Assembly (NCBI GenBank): GCA_965223265.1
Contig: OZ244999.1
Coordinates: 2,336,001 to 2,400,000 of the forward strand
Direction: 5' to 3'
DNA length: 64,000 bases
Source: Planctomycetota bacterium
GTDB lineage: Bacteria > Planctomycetota > UBA8108 > SXIK01
Position 1 is the stretch's first letter, and each line of letters begins with the position of its first letter. The position numbers were made by a program, and so were the translations under genes. Below are positions 20,394 to 30,869 of this stretch, one piece after another. The notes under the pieces are model-generated. The model ran no database searches, was not told the DNA's origin, and saw only the letters and a list, made by a program, of their open reading frames with translations.

Positions 20394-21149
20394 TTAAATG
20401 GACAACATGAGCTGAGCCCTTTCGCTCAGGCTCAGCACCAGATCGCTCCGCCTCTTGAGAGCCTCTTGGGTCGAAGTAGGAATCGGCAGAACCGATATGA
20501 ATTGCTCCCAACGCTCCGCCTCCAAGCAGAGATCCAGGTATTGGTAGCAAGAGACGAGCGTAGATGCGGCAACGCCTTGGCCGTACGGTGTCCTCCCTGC
20601 TGACGCGAAAATTCCTGCGTGCTCTAACAGGATGCGCGGCTCTCGTTTGTCAACTTGGAGCTGGCAGCACGCAAGCCCGCTGAGATAGAGCGACGCTTGC
20701 TCGGGAAGAGGATCGGTCTCAAGCAGCGCACGAAAGGCCCGGCGGGCCAAGTCGATCTCGCCGAGACGTAGCAAGACTTTAGCCTGCACCGCCGACAGCA
20801 GCCGCAGCTCGGAAAAGTGCTCGTCGCTGGCTCCATCCAGCGTCCATCGGGTCGCAGTGAGGATCTTGCGCAGTCGACTCTCTGAGCGCTCGAACAGAAG
20901 TATATTCTCAATCGAGTAGCACAGGAGCAGAATCGCGTGCTCTGGCGACAGAGTGGCCGAGCGTTCAACTGCCTTGCGCTTTGCCGCCGCAAACCAGCTC
21001 TCTGCTGAAAGAACTCGAAGAGACAGCGACGCGATGCGACCGCGGAAAATATCCGCGATCCAGTGGTCAGTATCGCCGAGGAAGCTCTCCCACTTTTCAA
21101 GCTCGCCTCGCCAAAGAAACTCCAATCCCCAACTGTCACCTATCTCCAT
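20394..21149 (-). CDS. Hypothetical helical-repeat (TPR-like) protein
   Basis: Long ORF with an RBS (GGGAGGAG); helical pattern such as AKVLLRLGEIDLARRAFRALLE. Confidence 0.55.
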   Translation of the reverse strand: MEIGDSWGLEFLWRGELEKWESFLGDTDHWIADIFRGRIASLSLRVLSAESWFAAAKRKAVERSATLSPEHAILLLCYSIENILLFERSESRLRKILTATRWTLDGASDEHFSELRLLSAVQAKVLLRLGEIDLARRAFRALLETDPLPEQASLYLSGLACCQLQVDKREPRILLEHAGIFASAGRTPYGQGVAASTLVSCYQYLDLCLEAERWEQFISVLPIPTSTQEALKRRSDLVLSLSERAQLMLSI

Positions 21150-21426
21150 GCTCCTCCCTTCGTGAACCTCTACGTGAGACGTTTCTGCGATCGAGGCCAT
21201 CCGTTTCGCGTCTGCTCTTGTGGTGGCGAATCAATTTGCTCACCAATCGATTGCGGGTCACGTTCGGATCGTCTGTTGCTTTGATCGCCGCAAGCCACTG
21301 GTCAAGTAACGCCCACTCAGGTTCGGACGTTTGTGTTGACTCCGCGTGCCTCCGCTGGCGAGCGTCGACGAGCTCTTCCGCGAGAAGTCGGTCTTCTCTT
21401 CCTGAGGTGTTCTTCTTTTCCGACAT
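21136..21426 (-). CDS. Small hypothetical protein
   Basis: ORF starting MSEKKN whose end overlaps the start of 20394-21149; no recognisable family. Confidence 0.4.
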   Translation of the reverse strand: MSEKKNTSGREDRLLAEELVDARQRRHAESTQTSEPEWALLDQWLAAIKATDDPNVTRNRLVSKLIRHHKSRRETDGLDRRNVSRRGSRREEHGDR

Positions 21427-21871
21427 TTGACTTGAATTCCCTTCTCTGGTTTCGGCCCGCATTTCAGCGGCCGATCCGTTGACTGTCAAGTGCATGTCCA
21501 AGACTTTCAAGGAGCAGCGCGAACGTAGTCGATGAAGACTACGCGAACAACACCCAACGCTTCGCCATTCCACTTCACTCGGAACTTATCGCTCAAGCTC
21601 GCAGAGCGAGAGGCTATACACCCTCTTTCTTGGCCAGGTCAATTCAGTTGGGGCTTGGTGTGAAGGATCACGCTATGGGCGAGGCACCGATTGAGATTCG
21701 GCCGGTAGACTTTCAGCAAACCGCGGCGACGTTTCGGCGCCGACTCCGCTTCCAGTGGACGATTGAAAACAGCAACTCGGCGCCGACTCCGCTGAGGTCG
21801 ATCAACAGCCTGCCTGAAAACATGCATAGTCTGTTTTGGTGAAGCTCATCGCGCTGATCTGGGGGTAGAGA

Positions 21872-21909
21872 GGTCGGTTTCTCAGCCGAATGACTTTTTT
21901 AATGGGCTG
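21872..21909 (-). mobile_element. MITE end fragment (copy 4)
   Basis: GGTTTCTCAGCCGAATGACTTTTTTAATGGGCTG matches one MITE terminus and supplies the dps stop codon. Confidence 0.7.
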
Positions 21910-22351
21910 TCAGATGGCTACGAAGCATCCACGCGTTCTTTTCGTGAACGTCGATTCTGCGTACGCCAAGATCTGCGCTGGCGTCGTCGTGCCCTACTTG
22001 GGCGGTTTGCACGAGGCGCCTGGCCGACACCAGGACCTTTCCCGAGTCAGAGACAAGATTTCCGATCATCTCGTCGGCCGTGGGGACTCCTGTATCCTCT
22101 TCGACGGCAGACAGTGCCATGAACTGAGAGTAGCTTCCCGGTGCCGGTGCACCGAGCGATCTAACCCGCTCGGCGATCGTGTCGACAGCGATGGCCAGTT
22201 CGCTGTACTGCGTCTCGAAAAGTGTGTGGAGCGTTGTGAACATCGGGCCGGTGACGTTCCAGTGGTAGCTGTGAGTTTTCAAGTAGAGCGTGTAGGTATC
22301 GGCGAGAAGCCGCTCGAGGGTTTCGATCACTGCTCGTTGTTCGTTCGTCAT
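21899..22351 (-). CDS. dps: Dps (DNA protection during starvation) ferritin-like protein
   Basis: LYLKTHSYHWNVTGPMF..LH..FE, D.IAER and HEK.AWML motifs. Confidence 0.95.
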   Translation of the reverse strand: MTNEQRAVIETLERLLADTYTLYLKTHSYHWNVTGPMFTTLHTLFETQYSELAIAVDTIAERVRSLGAPAPGSYSQFMALSAVEEDTGVPTADEMIGNLVSDSGKVLVSARRLVQTAQVGHDDASADLGVRRIDVHEKNAWMLRSHLTAH

Positions 22352-22448
22352 GGCTGACTCCCTATGATTCAGTTCGTTTCCCGTTGCGCTCCCGGGCCGT
22401 TGGGCGGCGCACTTTCTAAAGTCTACGTCGCCTGCAATGATTCGTAAA

Positions 22449-22485
22449 AGATCTTGATCCTATTGATTCAATAGGATACACCTAT
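22449..22485. promoter_or_regulatory. OxyR-type operator in the dps/oxyR divergent promoter
   Basis: CTAT-N7-ATAG-N7-CTAT at 22460-22485, matching three of the four tetranucleotides of the ATAG-N7-CTAT-N7-ATAG-N7-CTAT OxyR consensus. Confidence 0.7.
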
Positions 22486-22531
22486 CATTTGGCTGGGCTG
22501 AATTCAGACGTTTCGGCTGCCTCGAACACCT

Positions 22532-23413
22532 ATGGAACTCCACCAGCTCCGTTACTTCGTCGCTGTCGCCGACGCTCGCAATTTCACTCGGGCTGCGGAG
22601 AGGTGCTCTGTCTCGCAACCGTCCTTGAGCCAACAAATCATCAAGCTGGAGGCCGAAATCGGCAAACCGCTGTTGGACCGGACGGTTCGGCGCGTCCGTC
22701 TCACCGACGCTGGAAGAGTCTTGTACGATCGAGCGGTCGAGATTCTTGCTTCGGTGGAGGCTGCTAGTCGAGAGGTCCTGGAATCCGTCGACGAGGGGCA
22801 AGTGACGGTCGGGGCGATTCCAACAGTGGCGCCGTACTTCTTGCCTCGGCTTCTTTCGCGCTTCGCCAGGAAGTGCCCGAAGGCGGAAGTGAAGGTCGTC
22901 GAAACCTTGACGGAGTTTACGCTGAGATCGTGCCTTGAGGGTGACATAGACATCACTGTCGTGGCGACGCCGATCGACGACGAGCATTTAACGGTGGAGC
23001 CTCTATTCACCGAGGAGCTACTCGTGGTGATGGCTGCGGGGCACCGATTTGCAAAGAAGAGCCGAGTCACCATGAAGGACATCGCCGGTGAACGATTCGT
23101 TCTTCTCAGTGAAACTCACTGTCTTGGAGATCAGATCGTGAGCTTCTGCAGGCAGAAGTCTTACCTGCCTGTTGTCAGCTGCGACAGCGCTCAGCTTCTC
23201 ACCGTCCAGGAACTCGTCGGGCTAGGCCAGGGTATATCGCTGATTCCGAAGATGGCTGCCGACGCGGATCGTTCAAGCCGCCGCGTCTACCGACCGCTGG
23301 CTGGGGAGAAGCCGAAGCGTACGCTCAGTATGGTCTGGCGAAAGGGGCGCTTTCAGAGCCACCTGGTGAAACGGTTCATCGACGTCATACGGGCAGAGGC
23401 GAAGCGCCATTGA
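22532..23413 (+). CDS. oxyR: OxyR-like LysR-family hydrogen peroxide sensor
   Basis: LysR HTH (NFTRAAERCSVSQPSLSQQI); HCLGDQIVSFC keeps the two redox cysteines at the C199/C208 spacing; divergent from dps. Confidence 0.85.
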   Translation: MELHQLRYFVAVADARNFTRAAERCSVSQPSLSQQIIKLEAEIGKPLLDRTVRRVRLTDAGRVLYDRAVEILASVEAASREVLESVDEGQVTVGAIPTVAPYFLPRLLSRFARKCPKAEVKVVETLTEFTLRSCLEGDIDITVVATPIDDEHLTVEPLFTEELLVVMAAGHRFAKKSRVTMKDIAGERFVLLSETHCLGDQIVSFCRQKSYLPVVSCDSAQLLTVQELVGLGQGISLIPKMAADADRSSRRVYRPLAGEKPKRTLSMVWRKGRFQSHLVKRFIDVIRAEAKRH

Positions 23414-23953
23414 CGTGCGAGCAGATCGGCACCAAGTGTGCCGCCTCGAACTTTGTCGCTAGATCCCGATCATCTTCGTTACGACGAAGACGCGGCGCGT
23501 CGGGATCTCGACGCCTGTTCGGTGTTCGAATCGACCTTCGATGGTCACGACCTTGCCCTCAGCGAAGCGCCGCTTGATCTCTTGCGGTAGGTCCAACTCA
23601 ATTAGCTTCCCCGCCGTTGTCATCAGCCCGAGCCCCGTGGATTCGCCGCCAATAGCCGCGTGTTCGGTCAGCCGACCTCTGTATGTGTGGGTGAATGCAT
23701 CATAGCTGTAGCGCGTCACGATCTCTCCTGTCGACCGGGTCTCTTCGACGATCAGACGCGCAAGCACACGGTCCCTGCACAGCCGCGTGCGGTGATCCGT
23801 GATCTCGATTTTCGTGAACGGTGTCGAAGTCTCATCCTCTGGCGGAGATCCCTCGCCTTCGTAGTTGATCTCGACGCTCGCGTAACGCCGCGAACCGCAG
23901 TCGTCCTCGAGGCGAGTCAGTCGATAGGTTCGCTTCTGCCGGAAGACTGCTAG

Positions 23954-24112
23954 CAGCCTGTTGAAAAAGTGCTTCGAGCCGAAAACTGGTCTCTTCGCGT
24001 CCAGATCGGCCGCGGCAAACGCAGGTAATCTCCGAGATTTTCGAGTATTGACGCGGTCGAGCTGGGCGTGAAGAGGCCGGTTTCTCGGCCGAATGACTTT
24101 TTCAACGGGCTG
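23954..24112 (-). mobile_element. 159-bp MITE, copy 5
   Basis: Reverse-oriented copy; CTAG duplicated at 23950-23953 and 24113-24116. Confidence 0.92.
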
Positions 24113-24116
24113 CTAG

Positions 24117-25565
24117 CTCGAGTTTGGCCATGGATTCTGGTCATGCAACGAGCCCCAATGCTGCGAACGCAGCCTGAAGGGTCTTTTGTCGCCCCCGAAC
24201 AGAAGCCGGGGTGCGTCGAAAGTGCTCGTGGAGTGATTCGGCTCGTAGCGTATCGACCATATCTTTAAACGAAGCAAAGCACTTACGTTCATACCAAGGG
24301 CGATTTGGGAATCGACATTTCTTATGACCGTGGGCGTTGAACCAAAGAATCACCATGCTGTACAACAACGCACCGAAAGGCGCCGTGCGTTGCACGGCTT
24401 CGACGGTTCGATTCTGTGGATCTTCAAAGCCGAAGTGCCCCTTGGCGTTTTCGAATGCGACCTCGATGCTCCATCGTCGCGAGTAGGTCTGAAGAATGGT
24501 CGTTGCGGACGCCTTGGTGTCGGTGGAATAGAACGCTTCGTCTTTGTTCACACCACGAGGGTCGCGCACCACGACGACCTTGATGGGGCGGTAGTCGCTC
24601 TTGAGCCAGAGGCCTTCGGTCTCTTTGACGAGAACGCGACGCTTCGCCCCGTAGAGTCGAAGATTCAGCTTTTTCCATGGCCTTCTCGAAGACGCGATCT
24701 GTTTAGGACTCGGCAGACGCTTTCCTCTTCGCCGTGGACGCCCCGTACCCGCATAGCGCCGTGGCGGCGGAGCAAAGAGCGCGGCATCCATGACGATGCG
24801 GCTGGTGAGGTGAAACCGCTCGGGAAGATTTCTCAACACCGAACCACCGCCATACGCCGAATCGCCAACCAGCAGGAAACGCCTATTTGGGTGCCATTTG
24901 GCGATCATCTCGAGCATCTCCACTGCGAGCTCGGGACGTGTGCGATAGACGGTCTCTTCACGCCACCGCTGGCTCTTCGGTCTCGTCTTGGTGACGTAGA
25001 GTCGAAACGCGATCGGAAGACACCACGAGATTCCACGCGCGAACGGGAACTCGACGATCACGCCGACGACCACCCAGTTGTGGCCCCAGCTCAGTCTCGC
25101 GAGCTTACGAGTCGACGCCAAAGCATCACGGTGCATACCACTGCCGAAGATGTGCTGCCCGCCTTTTTTGCAAAGCGTGTCGTCGACGACGAGGCGGACA
25201 ACTCCACCCGGTGGAATCAGACGCAGCGCGAGCGACAGTACCAAGCGGCCAACTTCGTCGATCGACCACTGTGCGCGATTGAAAAATCGATGGAACGTCG
25301 AGTAGCTTTTCAGTTCTACCACACCTACACGCTGAATGAGCTCGGTAACCGTCCTTCGTCGCGTGCTCAGGACCCAGCCACCGGCGAGCAACTGGAAGTT
25401 CTCAAAACTCGACGGCGTCATCAGTGGAGCAAAGCTGGCCAAGAGGGACAGAAACGACGATACTGGAGACACTCTTCACCTCCGTCCGATAATAGTGTTT
25501 TGCAACTTCGTTATCGGTAGCGGAGGTGTCTTTCTTTACCGGCCTATTCCATGGCCAAACTCGAG
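24117..25565 (-). mobile_element. IS701-like insertion sequence, copy A (1449 bp)
   Basis: 18-bp perfect TIRs CTCGAGTTTGGCCATGGA; 5-bp TSD GCTAG (24112-24116 and 25566-25570). Confidence 0.92.
24141..25472 (-). CDS. DDE transposase (IS701-like, IS4 superfamily)
   Basis: LVVDDT, LVGDSAYG and YSRRWSIEVAFENAK (Y-R-E-K signature). Confidence 0.92.
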   Translation of the reverse strand: MSPVSSFLSLLASFAPLMTPSSFENFQLLAGGWVLSTRRRTVTELIQRVGVVELKSYSTFHRFFNRAQWSIDEVGRLVLSLALRLIPPGGVVRLVVDDTLCKKGGQHIFGSGMHRDALASTRKLARLSWGHNWVVVGVIVEFPFARGISWCLPIAFRLYVTKTRPKSQRWREETVYRTRPELAVEMLEMIAKWHPNRRFLLVGDSAYGGGSVLRNLPERFHLTSRIVMDAALFAPPPRRYAGTGRPRRRGKRLPSPKQIASSRRPWKKLNLRLYGAKRRVLVKETEGLWLKSDYRPIKVVVVRDPRGVNKDEAFYSTDTKASATTILQTYSRRWSIEVAFENAKGHFGFEDPQNRTVEAVQRTAPFGALLYSMVILWFNAHGHKKCRFPNRPWYERKCFASFKDMVDTLRAESLHEHFRRTPASVRGRQKTLQAAFAALGLVA

Positions 25566-26007
25566 GCTAGCGTACAGATGCCGTCGAGGCGATTCTCAAT
25601 GGTCGCCGTCGCGCCTTCTTCGGTCACCTCGGTCAGCGTCAGTTGGGCGTAGGAGTCGCAACCGATCGACGGCTCGGCACCAGGTGTTGTATAGAGCTTG
25701 AAGATCTCCTGCGGACTTCCGTCTTCCCGATCCGCGGCCGGTGTCGTTGAGTCACCCGGGTTTGCCTCACGCGCTCTCCTGTCTTCAGTGCAGCCGGAGG
25801 CGACGAGTGCGAGGATCGCTGCGGCGAGGATCCAACGAGACGTCGCTCGAGGTTGCGATGGAAAACGAAGGGACGAACTGGCTGAATTACGGTTGAACAT
25901 GATCAGCACTTTGCCAGTCTCTGGCGAGAATCTCAAACAGAGCCCGACCGTCCCGCCCGTAGCTTTGTTGACGGATGCGTGACGGTGACTCGACTGGAGC
26001 TGGCACG

Positions 26008-26448
26008 TCACGGATCGAGAGCTGTGACGCTGCCGGTGGAGAGGTTGAGCACGAACATCTCCCCGGCGGCGTTGATCGCGAAGGAGCGGTACTGCGTGTC
26101 GAGCTGAAACGCGGCTACGAACCAGTTCCCGCCCAGGGACGTGTCTCCTGGATGGTATTCGTAGGTGTACTCGCCCTTGCGGAGAAACAAGGGCAGCCCG
26201 GTGGGCTCGAATCCGGCGACGTAACCGACCGCTGCAATCTCCGGAAAGTCGGCCGGCCATCCGCTGAAGCGCCCGCGGTACTGGTGGATATCGGAGCAGA
26301 TTGACCTCAGCCCGCCCACAGCTGACGACTCCGCCGCGGAGATGCGAGCGTTGCGTAGACTGGGAATCGCAATGGCGAGAACGATCGCGATGATGGCGAC
26401 CACGATCATGAGCTCGATCAGAGTGAATCCGGCGTTTCGTCGGCGCAT
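26008..26448 (-). CDS. Type IV pilin / pseudopilin-like protein
   Basis: Prepilin cleavage and methylation site RRRNAG-FTLIELMIVVAIIAIVLAIAIP. Confidence 0.9.
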   Translation of the reverse strand: MRRRNAGFTLIELMIVVAIIAIVLAIAIPSLRNARISAAESSAVGGLRSICSDIHQYRGRFSGWPADFPEIAAVGYVAGFEPTGLPLFLRKGEYTYEYHPGDTSLGGNWFVAAFQLDTQYRSFAINAAGEMFVLNLSTGSVTALDP

Positions 26449-26701
26449 TCGGGGGGCTCGGTGAAAGGACATTTGGCGTCTATGACGTCGGACGACGGCG
26501 GCACGGCCCTTGATTTGGGGCGCTTATCGGCAAGTGGGCGACGAGAACGAACGTTGGAATTCGAAGATTCGCGGGGCCGCAGTGCACGATGAACCCATCC
26601 CTCAGCGCCGTTATCTGATACCCTGGTACTTGGGCTCGAAAGCGTGCCCAACGGACGTCTGCTTCCGTGATCTTGACGACAGGTTAGGTCTACGTTGTGA
26701 A

Positions 26702-29140
26702 ATGAGCTCGATCAAGAAGTCGCCGCGGCGTTGGGGGGCGGTCGTGTGGGTCGCGGCAGTGGCCGTTTGTGGCGCCGCGAACACGCTGGCGCAGGAGGTC
26801 TCGTTCAACCGTGACGTGCGCCCGATCCTCTCCGATCGCTGTTTCGCCTGCCATGGTCCGGACGCGCGCGAACGCAAAGCGCAGCTGCGTTTGGATCGTT
26901 CGGGGGGCGACGACGGCGCCTACCGAACCGAAGGCGGTTCGACCGCCATCAAACCCGGCGCGCTCCAAGAGTCCGAGTTGTGGCGGCGGATCACTGCCAG
27001 CGATCCTGATGACAGGATGCCGCCGCCTGAGGCCGGAAAGAAGCCCCTGACGTCTGAAGAGCAGCGCATCATCCAGCTGTGGATCGAGGCTGGAGCGCCG
27101 TACGACGAGTTTTGGGCGTTTGTACCGGCAAGAAGGCCGAGCATGCCCGCCGTGATCCAGCGCGAGTGGAGCGACCAGCCGATCGACTTGTTCGTTCTGC
27201 GGCGGCTCGAAGCAGCGGGGCTCGCACCTTCCGAGGAGGCGGACAAACGCACCCTCATTCGCCGCGTGACGTTCGACCTCACCGGGCTACCGCCCACCCG
27301 AGGAGAAGTGCGCACCTTCCTAGCAAATGAGAGCCCGACGGCTTATGAGACGCTCGTCGATGGCCTGCTTGCGAGACCGGAATACGGCGAGCACATGGCG
27401 CGCTACTGGCTTGACCTGGTTCGCTTCGCCGACACCAACGGCATGCACAAGGATTTTTACCGCAACTTCGTCGCCTACCGAGATTGGGTGATTCGAGCGT
27501 TCAATGACGGCCTCGGCTACGATGATTTTGTCCGCTTCCAGCTGGCCGGAGACGTGTTTCCTGATGCCACGAACGATCAGTTGATCGCGTCGGGATTCAA
27601 CCGCCTCCACCTCATCATCGACCGTGGTACCGCGCTCCCGGAGGAGAGCTTTTTCAAGAACGTAACGGATCGGGTCACCGCGGTGGGCACCACCTTCATG
27701 GGAATGACCGTCCACTGCGCCTCCTGCCACGATCACAAGTACGATCCGCTCACGCAGAAGGACTTTTACTCGCTGTTTGCCTTCTTCAACAATATTGACG
27801 CCGAACCGGAAACTCGAGGGGCTCCTAAAGACGGTCTCCAGCCGCCGTTTCTGTGGCTCGGGACGCCCGAGCAAACGAAGAAACTAAGCGCTATCGACGA
27901 GCAGCTGGCGGCGCTTGAACCGAAGGTGCAGCAGTCGGAGAAGGACACTTCGGGCGAGAAGGATCCCCAGAACAAAAAGCTTCTCAAGGCGGCGCTTGAG
28001 CAGCTTGTAGACGAAAAGAACTCACTCATTGCGAAGCGCGGAGAGCTGACTCGGACGATGCAGGTGGCGATGGTGATGAGGGAACGCACCGAGGTGCGTC
28101 CAACGCACATCATGGTTCGCGGGCGATACGACCAGCCCGGGGAACCAGTCGTCCGTGATACACCGGAGTTTCTCCCACCGATGCGAAAGACGGGCGAGAT
28201 CGCCTCGCGACTCGACCTGGCGGAGTGGTTCGTCGACCGTCAGAATCCGCTCACGGCGCGCGTCGCGGTCAACCGGTTTTGGCAGCAGCTCTTTGGTGTC
28301 GGTCTGGTGAAAACCTCCGAGGACTTAGGAGCTCAGGGCGAAGTGCCGAGCCACCCAGAACTGCTCGACTACCTCACCGTCTCCTTCGTCGAATCTAACT
28401 GGAACATCAAAGCTCTGATGAAGCAGATGGTGATGACGAAGACCTACCGCCAATCGTCCGTGGCGACGCCGGAGGAGTTTAACAAAGACCCCGAGAACCG
28501 CTTGCTAGCGCGAGGGTCGCGCTATCGCATGGATGCCGAAGTGATTCGCGACCAGATGCTCGCTACCAGTGGGCTGTTGTCGAAAAAGATGTACGGGAAG
28601 AGCGTCAAACCACCGCAGCCCGACGGTCTCTGGAAGGCTGTCACCATGATTGGTGAGCGCTACAAAGCTGATACAGGCGAAGCGATCTATCGCCGCGGCG
28701 TCTATACGTACTGGAAGCGAGCGATGCCACCGCCACAGATGACCATCTTGAACGCCCCCGCCCGGGACGCCTGCATCGCCCGCCGTGAAAGGACCAACAC
28801 GCCCTCACAAGCCCTGCTGCTCCTGAACGAAGGTGAGTACCTGAAGGCCGCTCGAAACCTGGCGCGACGCGTGCTGACACACGGTGATCTCACGACGGCC
28901 GAGTTGCTGGACATGGTGTATGAAATCGTCACGTCGAACGTGCCGCACGGAAGGGAACGAGCCATACTCTCGAGGCTCGCCCAGGATTTAGAGCAGCGCT
29001 ATCGTGATAGCCCTGCCTTGGCGGAAGAGATCTGCAGTGGAATCGCGCTAGAGAACGTTGAGGAAAGGGCGAAGCTCGCCGCTTGGACCGTTCTCGTCAG
29101 TACTCTCTACAATTTGGATGTCACGAAGACGCGCCAGTAG
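26702..29140 (+). CDS. Planctomycete cytochrome c / PSD1 (DUF1549-DUF1553) protein
   Basis: [59 protein letters not shown] and NTPSQAL. Confidence 0.93.
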   Translation: MSSIKKSPRRWGAVVWVAAVAVCGAANTLAQEVSFNRDVRPILSDRCFACHGPDARERKAQLRLDRSGGDDGAYRTEGGSTAIKPGALQESELWRRITASDPDDRMPPPEAGKKPLTSEEQRIIQLWIEAGAPYDEFWAFVPARRPSMPAVIQREWSDQPIDLFVLRRLEAAGLAPSEEADKRTLIRRVTFDLTGLPPTRGEVRTFLANESPTAYETLVDGLLARPEYGEHMARYWLDLVRFADTNGMHKDFYRNFVAYRDWVIRAFNDGLGYDDFVRFQLAGDVFPDATNDQLIASGFNRLHLIIDRGTALPEESFFKNVTDRVTAVGTTFMGMTVHCASCHDHKYDPLTQKDFYSLFAFFNNIDAEPETRGAPKDGLQPPFLWLGTPEQTKKLSAIDEQLAALEPKVQQSEKDTSGEKDPQNKKLLKAALEQLVDEKNSLIAKRGELTRTMQVAMVMRERTEVRPTHIMVRGRYDQPGEPVVRDTPEFLPPMRKTGEIASRLDLAEWFVDRQNPLTARVAVNRFWQQLFGVGLVKTSEDLGAQGEVPSHPELLDYLTVSFVESNWNIKALMKQMVMTKTYRQSSVATPEEFNKDPENRLLARGSRYRMDAEVIRDQMLATSGLLSKKMYGKSVKPPQPDGLWKAVTMIGERYKADTGEAIYRRGVYTYWKRAMPPPQMTILNAPARDACIARRERTNTPSQALLLLNEGEYLKAARNLARRVLTHGDLTTAELLDMVYEIVTSNVPHGRERAILSRLAQDLEQRYRDSPALAEEICSGIALENVEERAKLAAWTVLVSTLYNLDVTKTRQ

Positions 29141-29177
29141 CATGGACGGTAGTAGAAGTCAGACAGATGGCAATACG

Positions 29178-30638
29178 ATGAGCACACAGCAGACAGACGA
29201 GCTTGCCGAATTGAACCTCCAGTCCCGCCGGTCGTTTCTACTCAACACCGGCATGGGGTTGGGCGCGACGGCGTTGACGTCCCTGGTGACGGGAGCTGAC
29301 ACGGCGCCACCAGTACCCAAGTTCCAGCATGGACTGCATAGCGAGGCTCGCGCCAAGCGGATCATTTTTCTCTTCATGGCGGGGGCACCGAGCCAGGTCG
29401 ATCTCTTCGACTACAAGCCGGGCCTCCAGAAGCTCTTCAGGACCGAGCTGCCTAAGTCGGTGAGTCGCGGACAGCGCGTCACGACGATGACTCGCGGCAA
29501 GCAGCAGCTGATCGCGCCGTCGAGGTTCGACTTTCTGCGCCGTGGTCGGAGCGGGGTGTGGATGTGCGAGCTGCTCCCTCACCTCGCTTCAGTGGCGGAC
29601 GACCTCTGTCTCATCCACTCCTTCAACACCAATGCGATCAACCATGATCCTGGAAAGACGTCCTTCTGTACCGGATCGGAGATTCCCGGCAAACCGAGCA
29701 TGGGCGCGTGGCTGAGCTATGGCCTGGGATCGCTGAACCGGGACCTGCCGGATTTTGTCGTCATTCCCTCGGCCTTCTGGAGCGGCAAGGTGAATGTTCA
29801 AGCGCTCTACGCGCGACTTTGGGGCAGCGGGTTCCTTCCCTCCATGCATCAGGGCACGTCCTTTCAGACCACCGGCGATCCCGTGCTCTTTTTGTCCAAT
29901 CCACAGGGAATCGACGCCGGGATCCGGCGACGCATGCTGGACTCCCTTCGAGAGCTGAACAGAGAGCACTTCGCGGCGATCGGCGATCCGGAAATCCAAA
30001 CGACCATCGCCCAGCAGGAGATGGCGTTTCGCATGCAAGCTTCCGTGCCGGAGTTGACGGACATTTCCAATGAACCTCAGTCGATTCTGGAGACGTATGG
30101 CCCGGAGGTCCACACCCCAGGTTCCTACGCTCGCAACTGTTTGCTCGCGCGCCGCATGGCGGAGCGCGGCGTGCGTTTCGTCCAGCTCTTCCATCGCGGC
30201 TGGGATCATCACTCCCGCCTTCCGGACAATATGCGCGGTCAATGCCGTGACGTCGATCAGCCGACCGCGGCTTTGCTCAAGGACCTGAAGTTCCGCGGCC
30301 TACTAGACGAAACCCTGGTGGTGTTCGCCGGCGAATTCGGTCGCACCGTGTTCGGCCAAGGCAACATCACCCGCGATGTTTACGGGCGTGACCATCATCC
30401 GCGTTGCTTTTCCGGTTGGATCGCGGGTGGGGGAATCAAGGGTGGCCTGCACTACGGGAGGACCGACGACTTCAGTTACAATGTCGTTGAGAATCCGGTC
30501 CACGTGCGTGACCTCCATGCCACCATGCTCCATCTTCTCGGCATCGATCACCGCCAACTGAGCTTCCAGTACCAAGGGCTCGATCAGAGACTGACCGGCG
30601 TTGAGGAAGCCCGCGTGTTGAGGGAGATTCTTAGCTGA
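29178..30638 (+). CDS. DUF1501 (sulfatase-like) Tat-exported protein
   Basis: SRRSFL Tat motif, IFLFMAGAPSQVDLFDYKP, GEFGRT and GRDHHP; canonical partner of PSD1 genes. Confidence 0.93.
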   Translation: MSTQQTDELAELNLQSRRSFLLNTGMGLGATALTSLVTGADTAPPVPKFQHGLHSEARAKRIIFLFMAGAPSQVDLFDYKPGLQKLFRTELPKSVSRGQRVTTMTRGKQQLIAPSRFDFLRRGRSGVWMCELLPHLASVADDLCLIHSFNTNAINHDPGKTSFCTGSEIPGKPSMGAWLSYGLGSLNRDLPDFVVIPSAFWSGKVNVQALYARLWGSGFLPSMHQGTSFQTTGDPVLFLSNPQGIDAGIRRRMLDSLRELNREHFAAIGDPEIQTTIAQQEMAFRMQASVPELTDISNEPQSILETYGPEVHTPGSYARNCLLARRMAERGVRFVQLFHRGWDHHSRLPDNMRGQCRDVDQPTAALLKDLKFRGLLDETLVVFAGEFGRTVFGQGNITRDVYGRDHHPRCFSGWIAGGGIKGGLHYGRTDDFSYNVVENPVHVRDLHATMLHLLGIDHRQLSFQYQGLDQRLTGVEEARVLREILS

Positions 30639-30869
30639 GCTCCAGAGACGAACGTCGTGCCGCTCTTTTGGAAACTTCGGGTGCCTCGACGCCGCGAGGC
30701 TCCTAGGGCTCTGACCTTCAAGTTAAGCTAAGCAACGCCCGAGACGGACCTCGTTTTTCGTGAGCTTGGCCGGATCCAGCGAAGGGGTATTGTTCACGCC
30801 ATGTAATGGGTCGTCGTCGACTGGCAAGATCATTCGGCCGACAAACGGAATCCGCCTTGTCGTCGGTGA

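Larger units (their letters stand above)
23459..25900 (-). pseudogene. Lipoprotein gene disrupted by nested MITE and IS insertions
   Basis: The N-part (25900-25566) has the lipobox VASGC. Removing both elements and their duplications restores the frame ...DGICT-LA-VFRQKRTYRL... through to the stop at 23459. Confidence 0.8.

Noticed and set aside
21734-21793. Two 17-bp direct repeats as a mini-CRISPR
   Set aside because: Only two short units, no leader and no cas genes; kept only as a possible operator.
24324-25520. 398-aa antisense ORF in the IS (also at 38924-40120)
   Set aside because: It lies wholly opposite the transposase and has no motifs; it recurs only because the IS is duplicated.
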